This document shows, piece after piece, positions 7,824 to 17,392 of a stretch of DNA of 41,391 nucleotides (the stretch's first letter is position 1; the number at the start of each line of letters is the position of its first letter). The notes below the pieces were generated by a model. It had not been told where the DNA came from. It made no database searches and worked only from the letters and a program-made list of their open reading frames with translations. This DNA is from a virus. Taxonomy: Duplodnaviria > Caudoviricetes. The stretch lies in the IMG/VR virus record IMGVR_UViG_3300033076_000709, positions 1-41,391 of that record, one strand, 5' to 3'. Both the position numbers and the translations under genes were made by a program.

Positions 7824-8739
7824 TATAACTAGAAACAACTGCTCCGGACATGTAGGCACCGCCAGACCCGCCAGACCCTGAGTTTTGTCTTGTCCATGAT
7901 GGGTTCAATCCATTGATTTCCAAGATATCATCTCGGATGTTCTGCATTTTCTTTTCGATGTTAAGAATTCGTGTAAAACTATTAGTGATAGCAGCGGTAT
8001 AGTAAGCGAACGGGTTCTGACTTTTGGATTCGTCAAACTGTAGACCAATTTGACTAAGTTGTAAAAGAGCTTGTCCACGCATTTCCTCATTGTAAGTATA
8101 GCCGCGCCAGTTAGAGCGTGTGGCATAGCGTTCACAAAGTTTCATAAACATCAGCGCCAGCTTTTTGGTCATGTTACCGTGGTCCTTGGAAAACTCCCCG
8201 GTTTTCAAATCGCCTTTCCAGTGGCTACGGCCCACAAGTTGTGGAACCTTGTCGTCGTCTAATCGGTAGTGTTCAAATGGCGGAAAGTTTAGGCGCATTT
8301 TGGACACAACCTGAGGCTCAGAATCAAGTAGCTCGTCTAGACCATCATCTAACTCTGTTGGTTCATCAAACTCTAGAATGTCTTCGATTTTCTTTTTCTT
8401 TGCTTGTGTTTTAAGGGGCTTTTTGGGCGCAGAAGGAATATGATCCCAGCATGTGATACGAAACACTAGATCTGTGTGCAGGATTTTTTTTTCGTTTTGC
8501 ACTTCCCCGGTTTCTCTTTTGAGTCGGTCGGCTCTGTTGCGGCGTGCTTCAGCAATAGTGCGCTGATTAATCTTACTAAGACTTGGTAAAATAATGTCGT
8601 ATTGATGATCGTTAGCACGGTCTTGATACCAGCAATATGTGTTCTTGCTTAAATGAATTTCTTTTAAAATGTCGCGGTTATTAAGGTAATTGACCTTGGC
8701 AGGTGTTCTTGTTAGTGTTGGGGCAGGTGTGTCAGACAC
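7816..8739 (-). CDS. gp55: Sigma factor for late transcription (T4 gp55-like) with a large insertion
   Basis: NYLNNRDILKEI, SNWRGYTYNEEM and FDESKSQNPFAYYTAAITNSFTRILNIEKK match gp55 hallmarks; GTG start with AGGAGA 7 nt upstream; upstream of gp47/gp46. Confidence 0.9.
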   Translation of the reverse strand: MSDTPAPTLTRTPAKVNYLNNRDILKEIHLSKNTYCWYQDRANDHQYDIILPSLSKINQRTIAEARRNRADRLKRETGEVQNEKKILHTDLVFRITCWDHIPSAPKKPLKTQAKKKKIEDILEFDEPTELDDGLDELLDSEPQVVSKMRLNFPPFEHYRLDDDKVPQLVGRSHWKGDLKTGEFSKDHGNMTKKLALMFMKLCERYATRSNWRGYTYNEEMRGQALLQLSQIGLQFDESKSQNPFAYYTAAITNSFTRILNIEKKMQNIRDDILEINGLNPSWTRQNSGSGGSGGAYMSGAVVSSYSE

Positions 8740-8766
8740 AGGGAAATCTCCTATTAGATATTACTT

Positions 8767-8794
8767 ATTATAACACAAAAGTACTAGTTGTCAA
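8767..8794 (-). promoter_or_regulatory. Consensus sigma70 promoter driving gp55
   Basis: TTGACA (8794-8789), 16-nt spacer ending in TGT (extended -10), TATAAT (8772-8767); Shine-Dalgarno AGGAGA at 8752-8747. Confidence 0.8.
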
Positions 8795-8825
8795 CAGTTA
8801 GATAAACTGACCAGATATTGATTTG

Positions 8826-8833
8826 GGTAAATA
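8826..8833 (+). promoter_or_regulatory. Putative late promoter GGTAAATA
   Basis: Shares the TAAATA core of the T4 late promoter TATAAATA; 5 nt before the ATG at 8839, at the head of the structural operon. Confidence 0.65.
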
Positions 8834-8838
8834 AAGCT

Positions 8839-9198
8839 ATGCAAGAAAACTACAACGACTCCGAACAACTGCAAGACACTGGGCCCAAGAGTGTGCCTTT
8901 TGCCAGCGTTTCTAAGGTCAAGCACATTCAAAGCGATGGTGTGTATATTAAGTCTACGTTTGTGCCAATGAATATTAAATTTTATTCAAAGAGGACCCCT
9001 GATGCTCACGTTGCTATATTAGCACACGGAGAGTTACTCATGGACGACGGAGAAACTAAGACTCGTTTTTCATCTCCGGCAACGTATGTGATTCCTGCAA
9101 ATACAAGAATAGCTTTTTACACCATTACAGAGTGTGTGTTTTATTGTGTGCATGCCACTCAAGAAACTGACATCAATGAGTTAGACAGAATTTACTAA
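8839..9198 (+). CDS. Small cupin-like (beta-barrel) protein with apparently degenerate metal ligands
   Basis: Start moved to the ATG at 8839. HIQSDGVYIK...AHVAILAHGELL...PATYVIPAN...CVFYCVHATQETD follows the pattern of phage cupin-like proteins. Confidence 0.55.
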   Translation: MQENYNDSEQLQDTGPKSVPFASVSKVKHIQSDGVYIKSTFVPMNIKFYSKRTPDAHVAILAHGELLMDDGETKTRFSSPATYVIPANTRIAFYTITECVFYCVHATQETDINELDRIY

Positions 9199-9210
9199 GA
9201 GAACAATAAT

Positions 9211-11439
9211 ATGAGCGGCGGACTTGATGCATTTGATTTAGGTGGGGCAATCGGTGGAATCACTGATTTTGCAGCAGACCTTGGATCTGCGGTCACTGAC
9301 TTTGGCACCGAGTTCATGAGCTCGATCCCAAGCCTTGATGCATTTCAGATTCCCAGCTTTGACATTCCTAGTCTGGGCGGATTTGGGGAAATAGGCAGTT
9401 TTGCCGGCAGTGCTTCTTGGTTTGATACATTCAATCCTGGGTCTATATTAAGCTCTATTCCTAGTGTGTCAGACTTTAATATTAGTTCGTTGACCAGTTC
9501 ACTTCCTTCATTAAGCAGTATTAAAAGCCTGGCCAGCACTGTGACATCGGCGGTATCAACAGTAAACAGCGCCGTTCAAACTGGGCTATCGGCCTATAAC
9601 AAAATAGCACCGGCTGTTAATGCAGCATCTAGTGCTTTCGGAATTCAAAATCCATTAACACAAATAGCACAAGCAACACAACAAGTAGCCGGCGTAGGCG
9701 GACAAGCTGCCGGCATACTTGGCGCAGCAACCGGTGCTATTTCCGGCCTTGGCAAGTTAAACACTAATAACTTGGTATCCTCGAGCGCCGCTGCATTAGG
9801 ATTCAATCCAGCTACAGCATCGTCTCTAACTGCTAAAGCTACCAGTTTGTTTACTACTGACCCAAACTCAACTAACGCTGTGGACAAAGCAACTGGTCTT
9901 CCTATTAACACACCTAGAGAAGTTGATGCTTATGGATTAAACATATTAACTGCCGCAGAAGATAAACAGCTTGTAAGAAATGTCAATCCAGCGTTTGTTA
10001 ACTCTTTTACCGATACGGACCAAGCTACAATTGACGCAATTAATCGTATTGAAGCCAACAAGGCAAAATCACTAAACAGTTCAGTTGATCCTGCATCGCC
10101 GACTGTGTCTAATTACGATCAAGCTGTGGCAAGCCGTCAGGAATTGTTGGCCAACAAAGCAGAAATAGAATCTTCGTTGGTTGCCAATGAGAAAGTTATT
10201 TCCGACGCAAATAAGAATATCGAAGAGATGCAACAAAATCTCTTGGATCCTGATTTGTCAGACGCTCAACGCGAAACTCTTAATGCACAAATTGCTGCGA
10301 ATCAGGCTACTATTGCTGAAGCAACTAACAACATAGTTGCAAACCAGGCGGCATTAAGTGACACCGACGACCAGCTGGCCGCCGATAATCAAATTATTGC
10401 TAGCACTGATGCATCTACTACTCAAACTCCCGGTGCAGTAAACCCTGATGAAGATCCATTTGAAGCTGCGAGGCTAGCCGCCGAAGGGCGCCAGACCCAA
10501 ACACCAACTATTAGCCCTGCAGAATTAGCTGCATCGCCATATGCAATTCAGACGTCATCTACACCTAACACTATAGTAGGTACTCCAGGGACACTGACAA
10601 ATATTAATGTTACTAACTTAGTACAGCAAGCAAGACAGCAACAGACACTGAGAAACCAAACACAAACCAAAGCGCAAAGCACAGATTGGCGAGTGAAGTT
10701 GAGATTGGCGCCAAACTCAACATACCTATATAATGATCCCAATGGCGCTGGTATTTTAGCACCACTGTCGGCTAAACAAGGCACCGACGGCGTAATTTTC
10801 CCCTACACTCCGGCGATCGAAACAGCGTACAAAGCAAATTATACTTCTTACGATCTAACACATTCGAACTATCGTGGATATTTTTATCACAACAGTTATA
10901 TTGACGCAGTGAACATGCGTTGCACTTTTACTGCTCAGGATACTAACGAGGCTAACTATTTGTTAGCAGTGATACATTTCTTCCGCAGTGTGACAAAAAT
11001 GTTTTATGGACAGGATGCACAACTAGGATCACCACCACCCTTGGTATTTTTAAGCGGACTTGGTACATATCAATTCAATGAGCATCCATGTGTGGTCAGT
11101 CAGTTCAACTATACGTTGCCACCTGATGTTGATTACATAAGAGCTCGTAGCCTGTTAAACGTAGGAACTAATTTGTTAGACAACCGCACTCGAACTACTA
11201 TTCCAGGAAATCCATTGAGTTACGGAATCAACAGATTGTTAAATGCTGGCTTGTTCCAAGGTGCCCAGGCCAATCCAGCGGCGCCCAGTGGATCACAAAT
11301 TGAAGAACCAACTTATGTTCCTACTAAAATGGAAATAGCTATTACATTATTACCTATGCAAAGTAGACAACAAGTTAGCACACAGTTCAGTCTCAAAGGC
11401 TTTTCGAATGGAAACTTATTGAAAGGCGGGTTCTGGTAA
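9211..11439 (+). CDS. Putative baseplate/tail-tube initiator protein with a long low-complexity and coiled-coil N-terminal extension
   Basis: C-terminal ~250 aa globular domain (DWRVKL...GVIFPYTP...THSNY...FFRSVTKMFYG...PPPLVFL...DVDYI) directly before a gp53-like gene; the function is inferred from gene order. Confidence 0.55.
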   Translation: MSGGLDAFDLGGAIGGITDFAADLGSAVTDFGTEFMSSIPSLDAFQIPSFDIPSLGGFGEIGSFAGSASWFDTFNPGSILSSIPSVSDFNISSLTSSLPSLSSIKSLASTVTSAVSTVNSAVQTGLSAYNKIAPAVNAASSAFGIQNPLTQIAQATQQVAGVGGQAAGILGAATGAISGLGKLNTNNLVSSSAAALGFNPATASSLTAKATSLFTTDPNSTNAVDKATGLPINTPREVDAYGLNILTAAEDKQLVRNVNPAFVNSFTDTDQATIDAINRIEANKAKSLNSSVDPASPTVSNYDQAVASRQELLANKAEIESSLVANEKVISDANKNIEEMQQNLLDPDLSDAQRETLNAQIAANQATIAEATNNIVANQAALSDTDDQLAADNQIIASTDASTTQTPGAVNPDEDPFEAARLAAEGRQTQTPTISPAELAASPYAIQTSSTPNTIVGTPGTLTNINVTNLVQQARQQQTLRNQTQTKAQSTDWRVKLRLAPNSTYLYNDPNGAGILAPLSAKQGTDGVIFPYTPAIETAYKANYTSYDLTHSNYRGYFYHNSYIDAVNMRCTFTAQDTNEANYLLAVIHFFRSVTKMFYGQDAQLGSPPPLVFLSGLGTYQFNEHPCVVSQFNYTLPPDVDYIRARSLLNVGTNLLDNRTRTTIPGNPLSYGINRLLNAGLFQGAQANPAAPSGSQIEEPTYVPTKMEIAITLLPMQSRQQVSTQFSLKGFSNGNLLKGGFW

Positions 11440-11741
11440 TGGCAGCAAATTACGATTCAACTAGCGCATATTTTAACACTAGCTATACACAATTTTATCT
11501 TGATGTTATGGTCAATCGACCTATTCCTAAACTACAAGACGATCTTGAGTGGGTCATTACAGAAACTTATCAATATAGACCTGACTTGTTGGCGTACGAT
11601 CTGTATCAGACATCTACTCTATGGTGGGTATTTTATCAACGCAACCCCAACACATTACAGGCCCCTCCGCTGGACTTTAAAATAGGTACACTAATTTATT
11701 TGCCTAAGATTACTACTCTAAAACAAACCTTGGGATTCTAA
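11439..11741 (+). CDS. Baseplate wedge protein, gp53/LysM-like
   Basis: YRPDLLAYDLYQTSTLWWVFYQRNP...GTLIYLP matches the gp53/tail-X LysM-type pattern. Confidence 0.75.
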   Translation: MAANYDSTSAYFNTSYTQFYLDVMVNRPIPKLQDDLEWVITETYQYRPDLLAYDLYQTSTLWWVFYQRNPNTLQAPPLDFKIGTLIYLPKITTLKQTLGF

Positions 11742-11742
11742 C

Positions 11743-14700
11743 ATGTCTAACCTGCGAGACCTAATTAATAAACAGGCCAACCTTAAAGTTGACAGAGATT
11801 TACTAATACTTGACATTGGCACCCAGGAACTGCGAGCCAAAAATAATTTACCTGGTGCAACAGCTGAGCTAGCAAAATTACGTTCACAACTTGCAAAAGT
11901 TGATGCCGAATTAGCATCGATAAGTCAGCAAATAGCACAACTACGCAGCCAATCAACTAGTGCAGGCAAGGTAGTCCAGGATGACCAAGCTGGATACGGA
12001 GAAAAAGCCAACACACAAGATCCATCGGCCGGTCCACAGATCTTAAAAAATGGCAGGATACAAACACCACCGGACACTACTTCGGGGACTACTGCTATTC
12101 AGCCAGTTTCTGCTAACAATGTTGATAGTGGAACTGATGCTCCTATTAGAAAATATTCCGAAACTCAGGGTACAGCTCCTGGATCTAATTTACAAAGTCC
12201 AGGGCCGGTTCGTGCACCGGGTGCAGGTGCAGGTGCAGGTCGCGGAGGCCAAGGCAGCCCAACAGCAGCGCAGGCAACGGGCACTGCCGATGCAATTCCT
12301 GGAGGCACTGCTGGCGTAGGAGCAGCAGGTGACGATTCTGGTAGGCCTAACACCGGGGCAGGAACCGGCACAGGCTCTAGCACAAACTCCACAGTGTCTG
12401 AACTTAATTCAATTAATTTTGGAGATGTAAAACCTCAGCCCAATATTTTAGATCAATATTCAAGTTACACCTACCAAGCTTCGTTGTATCTAATGAATAA
12501 AGACACGTATCAACGAATGGCCAACACTAGAGAAAAAAGTTTTCTAGGGAACGCACCTCTGTTGGTGCAATCGGGCGGAACAAACACTAGTGACAGAGAT
12601 TCAGCATTCAAATACGATTATTACATTGAAAATATCGAACTAAAAAGTTTTGTTGCATGCAAAGGTACAGGTCTTGCTCACAATGTGAGTGATGTTAAAA
12701 TGACCATCATCGAGCCTAATGGAATTACATTTCTTGACAATATGTCAGCGGCAGTGCAACAGTTCATTGGCGGCGGCAAATCTGATGCTAATATTGCAGC
12801 ACAGGTATATCTATTGGTAGTGAGATTCTATGGCTACGACGAGCAAGGAAATTTAGTCAGAGGAGGCGTTAATAACCCGAATCAAACTAGCGACCCCAAC
12901 TCGTTTGTTGAGAAATGGTATCCATTGCAAATCTCCAATATAAAATTCAAGGTACAAAACAAACTAGTTGAGTATCAAATTGAGGCTTCAGCTATTCCTT
13001 ATTATGTTGCTGCTGGCGCTGCTCGAGGAACAATTCCGTTTAACATGGAACTGAGCGGCCAAACACTCAAAGATATTCTAGCAGGTCCGATTGTGTATGC
13101 AGAAGGACAAACCGCAGTAAGCTCTGGTACCAATAACAATACCAACGGAACAAGTCCTACAAATACAGGATTTGCTACCACAGGTGGTGGCGCCGCAGTA
13201 GGAGGACGACTCCGTGGTATCACGGCAGCAACCAATCAAAGTTCTGCAGAGACAAATAGATTATTGGCAGCAGCAAACGCAGCAGCCGCCGCAGCGTCAG
13301 CGCCACCAAAAGCTGATGCTGCTAACTCAGCCAAGAAAACTGTAAGGTCTGGCCTAATGGCAGCATTAAATCAGTTTCAGCTTGATCTAGTTAAAGACAA
13401 GGTTGTAACATATCCAGACGAATACAATATTGAATTTGCAATTGACAGTCTTGCTTCTGCAAAAATTATCAATCCGGGATCAGTGAATAAAAGCACAACT
13501 TCGATGAGCACACCGGGCACAGCAGGCGATCAGATGTTGGGTGCAAAACAAAGCATGGATGCCAACAGTCGTGTGCAAGGCGCCACTGCTGGAATGCAAA
13601 TTGTGCAGTTTATTGATACTCTATTACGCAATAGCTCTTACATCAAAGATCAGCAGGTGGTCAGCATCAATGAAAAGACCGGCAAAGAAGAACGAACCAA
13701 CATAAATTTAAAAAACACAGCTTGGTATAAAATTGGGTTTAAAGTAGAACCAAAATGGGATCAGTTTGACAAGTTGAGAAACGATTATGCTTATAAAATA
13801 ACATACATTGTTTCTCCATATAAAATATCTCAACTGTTCTCGCCTTATTTTAACACACCGATGCAAACTGGAGCACACAAACAATATAGATATTGGTTTA
13901 CAGGACAAAATGATAGTGTGTTGGAATACGAAGAAAATTTCAATTATCTGTATTATATTGTAATGTCAGGGCAAGACCTGAGTGACAGACCTGCTAATGC
14001 AGTTGATTATTTGAGATTCCAATATCAGACTGCTAGTGGCCAGTCTAGCATGGGTGCCGAGGGCAAAACTAACGAACCAGGATCTAATGCAGCAGATCAG
14101 TTGTACAGTCCAAGCGATCTAGGATCGTGCCAAATATCTATTGTGGGCGACCCAGCCTGGCTACAACAAGGTGAGACTTTTTTTGCACTTGCCAAAAATG
14201 ATGTTAACTATTTTAGACCATTCTTAGCAGATGGCACAATCAACTTTGATAGTCAACAAATTTTATTTGAAGTTGGTTATAACAAGCCAGAGGATTATAA
14301 CATACTCACCGGAATAACTGAGCCAAAGTGGGGGAAAACTGATGTTGTATCACAGCAAGCCTATTCAACTCGAAAATCTGGAGTTTCTAAGATTTTAAGA
14401 ACTTATCTTGCTACTGCGGTGACTAGTTTTTTCAGCAAGGGAAAATTTACTCAGACTATTGACGGTAGTCTAATGCCGTATACCACTCCTCCGAAAAATG
14501 TTGAAACTACCGATATATCTCCGGTTGCTACATCTACAGCCGCAGCAGCAACAAAAACTGTTGCACCAGTGTTTGCAAAAACATTACGGTCTTCTGTGAC
14601 AAATCCTACGCCAACATCAAGTCTGGCCAAAGGAGTTGAGCAGATATTAAAACCAGCAGTGCAAGCAGACAATCCGTCATTAACTCAACTGCAAGCAAGT

Positions 14701-14853
14701 CCTGTGTATATACAAGCAAGACGAAACGGCGCCACCCCGGCTGCTGCATTAGAAGCAGCAAAGGCATCTTTTGCTGCTGGTACTAATAATGCAGCAAATT
14801 TTGCAGCACCTGGAATCAGAGCTGGCACACAATTAATAGTTAAAGACCAATAA
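11743..14853 (+). CDS. Putative baseplate hub protein (gp27-like position) with low-complexity extensions
   Basis: Sits between gp53-like and gp5-like genes. Core runs from PQPNILDQYSSYTY to ISIVGDP...YLATAVTSFFSKGKFTQTI, which resembles hub C-termini; N-terminal coiled coil and G/A/T/P-rich linker. Confidence 0.55.
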   Translation: MSNLRDLINKQANLKVDRDLLILDIGTQELRAKNNLPGATAELAKLRSQLAKVDAELASISQQIAQLRSQSTSAGKVVQDDQAGYGEKANTQDPSAGPQILKNGRIQTPPDTTSGTTAIQPVSANNVDSGTDAPIRKYSETQGTAPGSNLQSPGPVRAPGAGAGAGRGGQGSPTAAQATGTADAIPGGTAGVGAAGDDSGRPNTGAGTGTGSSTNSTVSELNSINFGDVKPQPNILDQYSSYTYQASLYLMNKDTYQRMANTREKSFLGNAPLLVQSGGTNTSDRDSAFKYDYYIENIELKSFVACKGTGLAHNVSDVKMTIIEPNGITFLDNMSAAVQQFIGGGKSDANIAAQVYLLVVRFYGYDEQGNLVRGGVNNPNQTSDPNSFVEKWYPLQISNIKFKVQNKLVEYQIEASAIPYYVAAGAARGTIPFNMELSGQTLKDILAGPIVYAEGQTAVSSGTNNNTNGTSPTNTGFATTGGGAAVGGRLRGITAATNQSSAETNRLLAAANAAAAAASAPPKADAANSAKKTVRSGLMAALNQFQLDLVKDKVVTYPDEYNIEFAIDSLASAKIINPGSVNKSTTSMSTPGTAGDQMLGAKQSMDANSRVQGATAGMQIVQFIDTLLRNSSYIKDQQVVSINEKTGKEERTNINLKNTAWYKIGFKVEPKWDQFDKLRNDYAYKITYIVSPYKISQLFSPYFNTPMQTGAHKQYRYWFTGQNDSVLEYEENFNYLYYIVMSGQDLSDRPANAVDYLRFQYQTASGQSSMGAEGKTNEPGSNAADQLYSPSDLGSCQISIVGDPAWLQQGETFFALAKNDVNYFRPFLADGTINFDSQQILFEVGYNKPEDYNILTGITEPKWGKTDVVSQQAYSTRKSGVSKILRTYLATAVTSFFSKGKFTQTIDGSLMPYTTPPKNVETTDISPVATSTAAAATKTVAPVFAKTLRSSVTNPTPTSSLAKGVEQILKPAVQADNPSLTQLQASPVYIQARRNGATPAAALEAAKASFAAGTNNAANFAAPGIRAGTQLIVKDQ

Positions 14854-14865
14854 AGGTAGAATACA

Positions 14866-17385
14866 ATGGCAGAGAATATACAAAGAAGTACTGGAAGACC
14901 ACAGGAATATCAATTTGACCGCGGCGGTATGCCAGCGGAAATGGGACCGTATATCGGAGTGGTAGTCAACAACGTAGATAACACACGTCAGGGAAGACTA
15001 CAAGTTTGGATTGAACAGTTCGGTGCAACCAATGTAGACGGTACTCCTGTGCTTGACGATCCCACTGTTTGGAGAACCGTGCGATATATTACGCCATTTT
15101 ACGGAGCTACTAAACAAAGCGGTAATGCCGGAGCAGGCACATACCCAGGAAACAGAAACAGTTATGGCATGTGGTTTACGCCCCCGGAACTTGGCACACG
15201 AGTGTTGTGTTTCTTTGTAGGCGGTGATCCCACAGTGGGTGGTTATTACCTTGGGTGCTTGCCCGAGGATGGTTTAAACCACATGATCCCAGCAATCGGG
15301 GCAAGCTCAAACTACCAAACAAACAACGACTCCCAAAAAAAATTGCTCAATGGTGTCTCGGCTGCGGCGGTAACTGAAATCAATGACATTGATCCTAAGT
15401 TTACAGATAACCCTAGATTCTTTGAGCAAAAGAAGCCAGTGCAAAGCACAGTCGAAGGCATATTAATTCAACAAGGTCTAGATAAGGATCCTATCCGAGG
15501 TCCAATTAAAAGTAGTAGCCAGCGAGAGAGTCCAAGCAACTGCTATGGAATTTCAACACCCGGGAAGCCTATCTACCAAGGTGGGTATAGCAACAAAACA
15601 CTAAAAACTGCAATTGAAAAAGGCCAGGTCAAACTACAAGACATCGCAGTTATTGGTCGTCAAGGTGGTCACACATTTGTTATGGACGATGGCGACATTG
15701 ATGGAGCTGATACACTAGTTCGTATTCGTACTGCTAAAGGTCATCAGATTACCATGAGCGATGACGGCGATTGTTTTTACATCACGCATGCTAATGGTCA
15801 AACCTGGCTGGAGTTTGGCAAGGCCGGCACTGTAGACGTATACTCAACAAATTCAATCAATTTACGAACACAGGGAGTTTTAAACTTTCACGCTGACCAA
15901 GGTATTAACATGTATTCCGGCGGAACTATACGCATGAAGAGTAAAAAAACAACGTTGATTGAAAGCGCCGAAAGTTTAATGATTGGGTCCGAGAAATATA
16001 CTCTGTTGTCCAGCAAAGGATCAGTGGGGGTTAGCAGCGTTGGTTCACTGGCTCTTGAAAGCAAAGTGGGCAGTTGGAAAACTTCTAGCGCATTAAATTT
16101 CTCCGGAAAAGTAATTAATCTCAACGGCGCACAATCAATACCGGTTGCTAAAATGCCAGTGGTGGCACCATATTCATTAGCTGATGTTGCGTATGTCAAT
16201 GGTCAAGGATGGACTGTAAAACCCGGAACTCTTGAAACTATTGTAACTAGAGCCCCTACACACGAACCTTACCCTTACCATAATCAAGGAACCGTTGCGC
16301 CAGTTGATTTAAACCCGGTACTGCCAACAACCCCGAATTTAGATAGTACACAAGCACAACGATATATCGAAGTTGGGGCTACCCCAATTCAACGTGGAGT
16401 TTCTGCAGGTGATATTTTATCTGAGCCAATTGCAGCCACAGCAGTCGGGCCATTAAGTCAAGATCAAGTAACAGCAATGACAGCACAAGCACGAGCTGAT
16501 TATGCACTGAAATACCCAGCATACGACGATGACGGTAACTTGATGCCTGGGTTTGAATTAAACGAGAACAATGATCCTGTATACACTGGTCCAGATATTG
16601 GTACCCGTGGCATAGGATTATATGGTCAGAGTCCGTCGGCACTGACGTCATTGGGTTTGATTAAATCTTCTGCACTTGATCTGATCAATAGCGGAGCTGC
16701 ATCGGTACAGTCAGTGTTGAATTCAGCGTCGTCGTGGACTAGCAAGTTAGGGGTTAATAGCCTAACAGACTTTTTGAATTCACCGGCTATTCAGAATATT
16801 GCCCAGGTTGGATTAGTTGCCGCAGCATTTAATGGACTTGTTAAATCAGGTACAATTACCGGTAAAGAAGACCCGGTGTATGTTGCAACATTTGTACAGC
16901 CAGCGGCACAGTACGGAGTAACTGATGTTGTCGCCTGGGCTGACGGATTCTCGCCTAGTACTGAAATATCTTCAAACATTGAAATTTCTGCACGTCAAGG
17001 TCAATACGCTGTTAACTATGTTGATGCATTTGCTGCAGAGTTAAACATCGCAGCTGATGCTCCAGTTGCCGAAACAGCTTCTGAAGCCACCAGTAGAGGG
17101 GTAATTGATCAAGATATGGCAAATAGCATTGGCGACCCCAAAGTCCCAGTTCCTCAGTATACTGACGTTGATATAGCAGTCGAAGACAATTCTATATCAA
17201 CGATCGACGCTGTGGCAGACATTAATACTGGTGTTACCAACGGCACCGGAACCGGGACCACTGCCAAGCCTATAATCGAAACAGTGATCCGCCCAGACGG
17301 TACAATTATGAAAGTTGCAGTAAACCCAACATCTACCACTGATGATGGCACGTTCCGATTCGCTCCTGGCAGCAATCAAGGGTAA
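14866..17385 (+). CDS. gp5: Baseplate central spike (gp5/VgrG-like)
   Basis: OB-fold motifs YIGVVVNNVD..RQGRLQVWI and GMWFTPPELGTRVLCFF; GHTFVMDD...RTAKGHQITMSD followed by beta-helix-like repeats; immediately before gp25. Confidence 0.8.
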   Translation: MAENIQRSTGRPQEYQFDRGGMPAEMGPYIGVVVNNVDNTRQGRLQVWIEQFGATNVDGTPVLDDPTVWRTVRYITPFYGATKQSGNAGAGTYPGNRNSYGMWFTPPELGTRVLCFFVGGDPTVGGYYLGCLPEDGLNHMIPAIGASSNYQTNNDSQKKLLNGVSAAAVTEINDIDPKFTDNPRFFEQKKPVQSTVEGILIQQGLDKDPIRGPIKSSSQRESPSNCYGISTPGKPIYQGGYSNKTLKTAIEKGQVKLQDIAVIGRQGGHTFVMDDGDIDGADTLVRIRTAKGHQITMSDDGDCFYITHANGQTWLEFGKAGTVDVYSTNSINLRTQGVLNFHADQGINMYSGGTIRMKSKKTTLIESAESLMIGSEKYTLLSSKGSVGVSSVGSLALESKVGSWKTSSALNFSGKVINLNGAQSIPVAKMPVVAPYSLADVAYVNGQGWTVKPGTLETIVTRAPTHEPYPYHNQGTVAPVDLNPVLPTTPNLDSTQAQRYIEVGATPIQRGVSAGDILSEPIAATAVGPLSQDQVTAMTAQARADYALKYPAYDDDGNLMPGFELNENNDPVYTGPDIGTRGIGLYGQSPSALTSLGLIKSSALDLINSGAASVQSVLNSASSWTSKLGVNSLTDFLNSPAIQNIAQVGLVAAAFNGLVKSGTITGKEDPVYVATFVQPAAQYGVTDVVAWADGFSPSTEISSNIEISARQGQYAVNYVDAFAAELNIAADAPVAETASEATSRGVIDQDMANSIGDPKVPVPQYTDVDIAVEDNSISTIDAVADINTGVTNGTGTGTTAKPIIETVIRPDGTIMKVAVNPTSTTDDGTFRFAPGSNQG

Positions 17386-17388
17386 ATA
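17381..17388 (+). promoter_or_regulatory. Putative late promoter GGTAAATA overlapping the gp5 stop codon
   Basis: Exact octamer copy, 4 nt before the gp25 ATG at 17393. Confidence 0.6.
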
Positions 17389-17392
17389 CAGC

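Noticed and set aside
12220-12240. GGTGCA x3 microrepeat as a phase-variation or regulatory repeat
   Set aside because: In-frame, short, and explained by a Gly-Ala linker.
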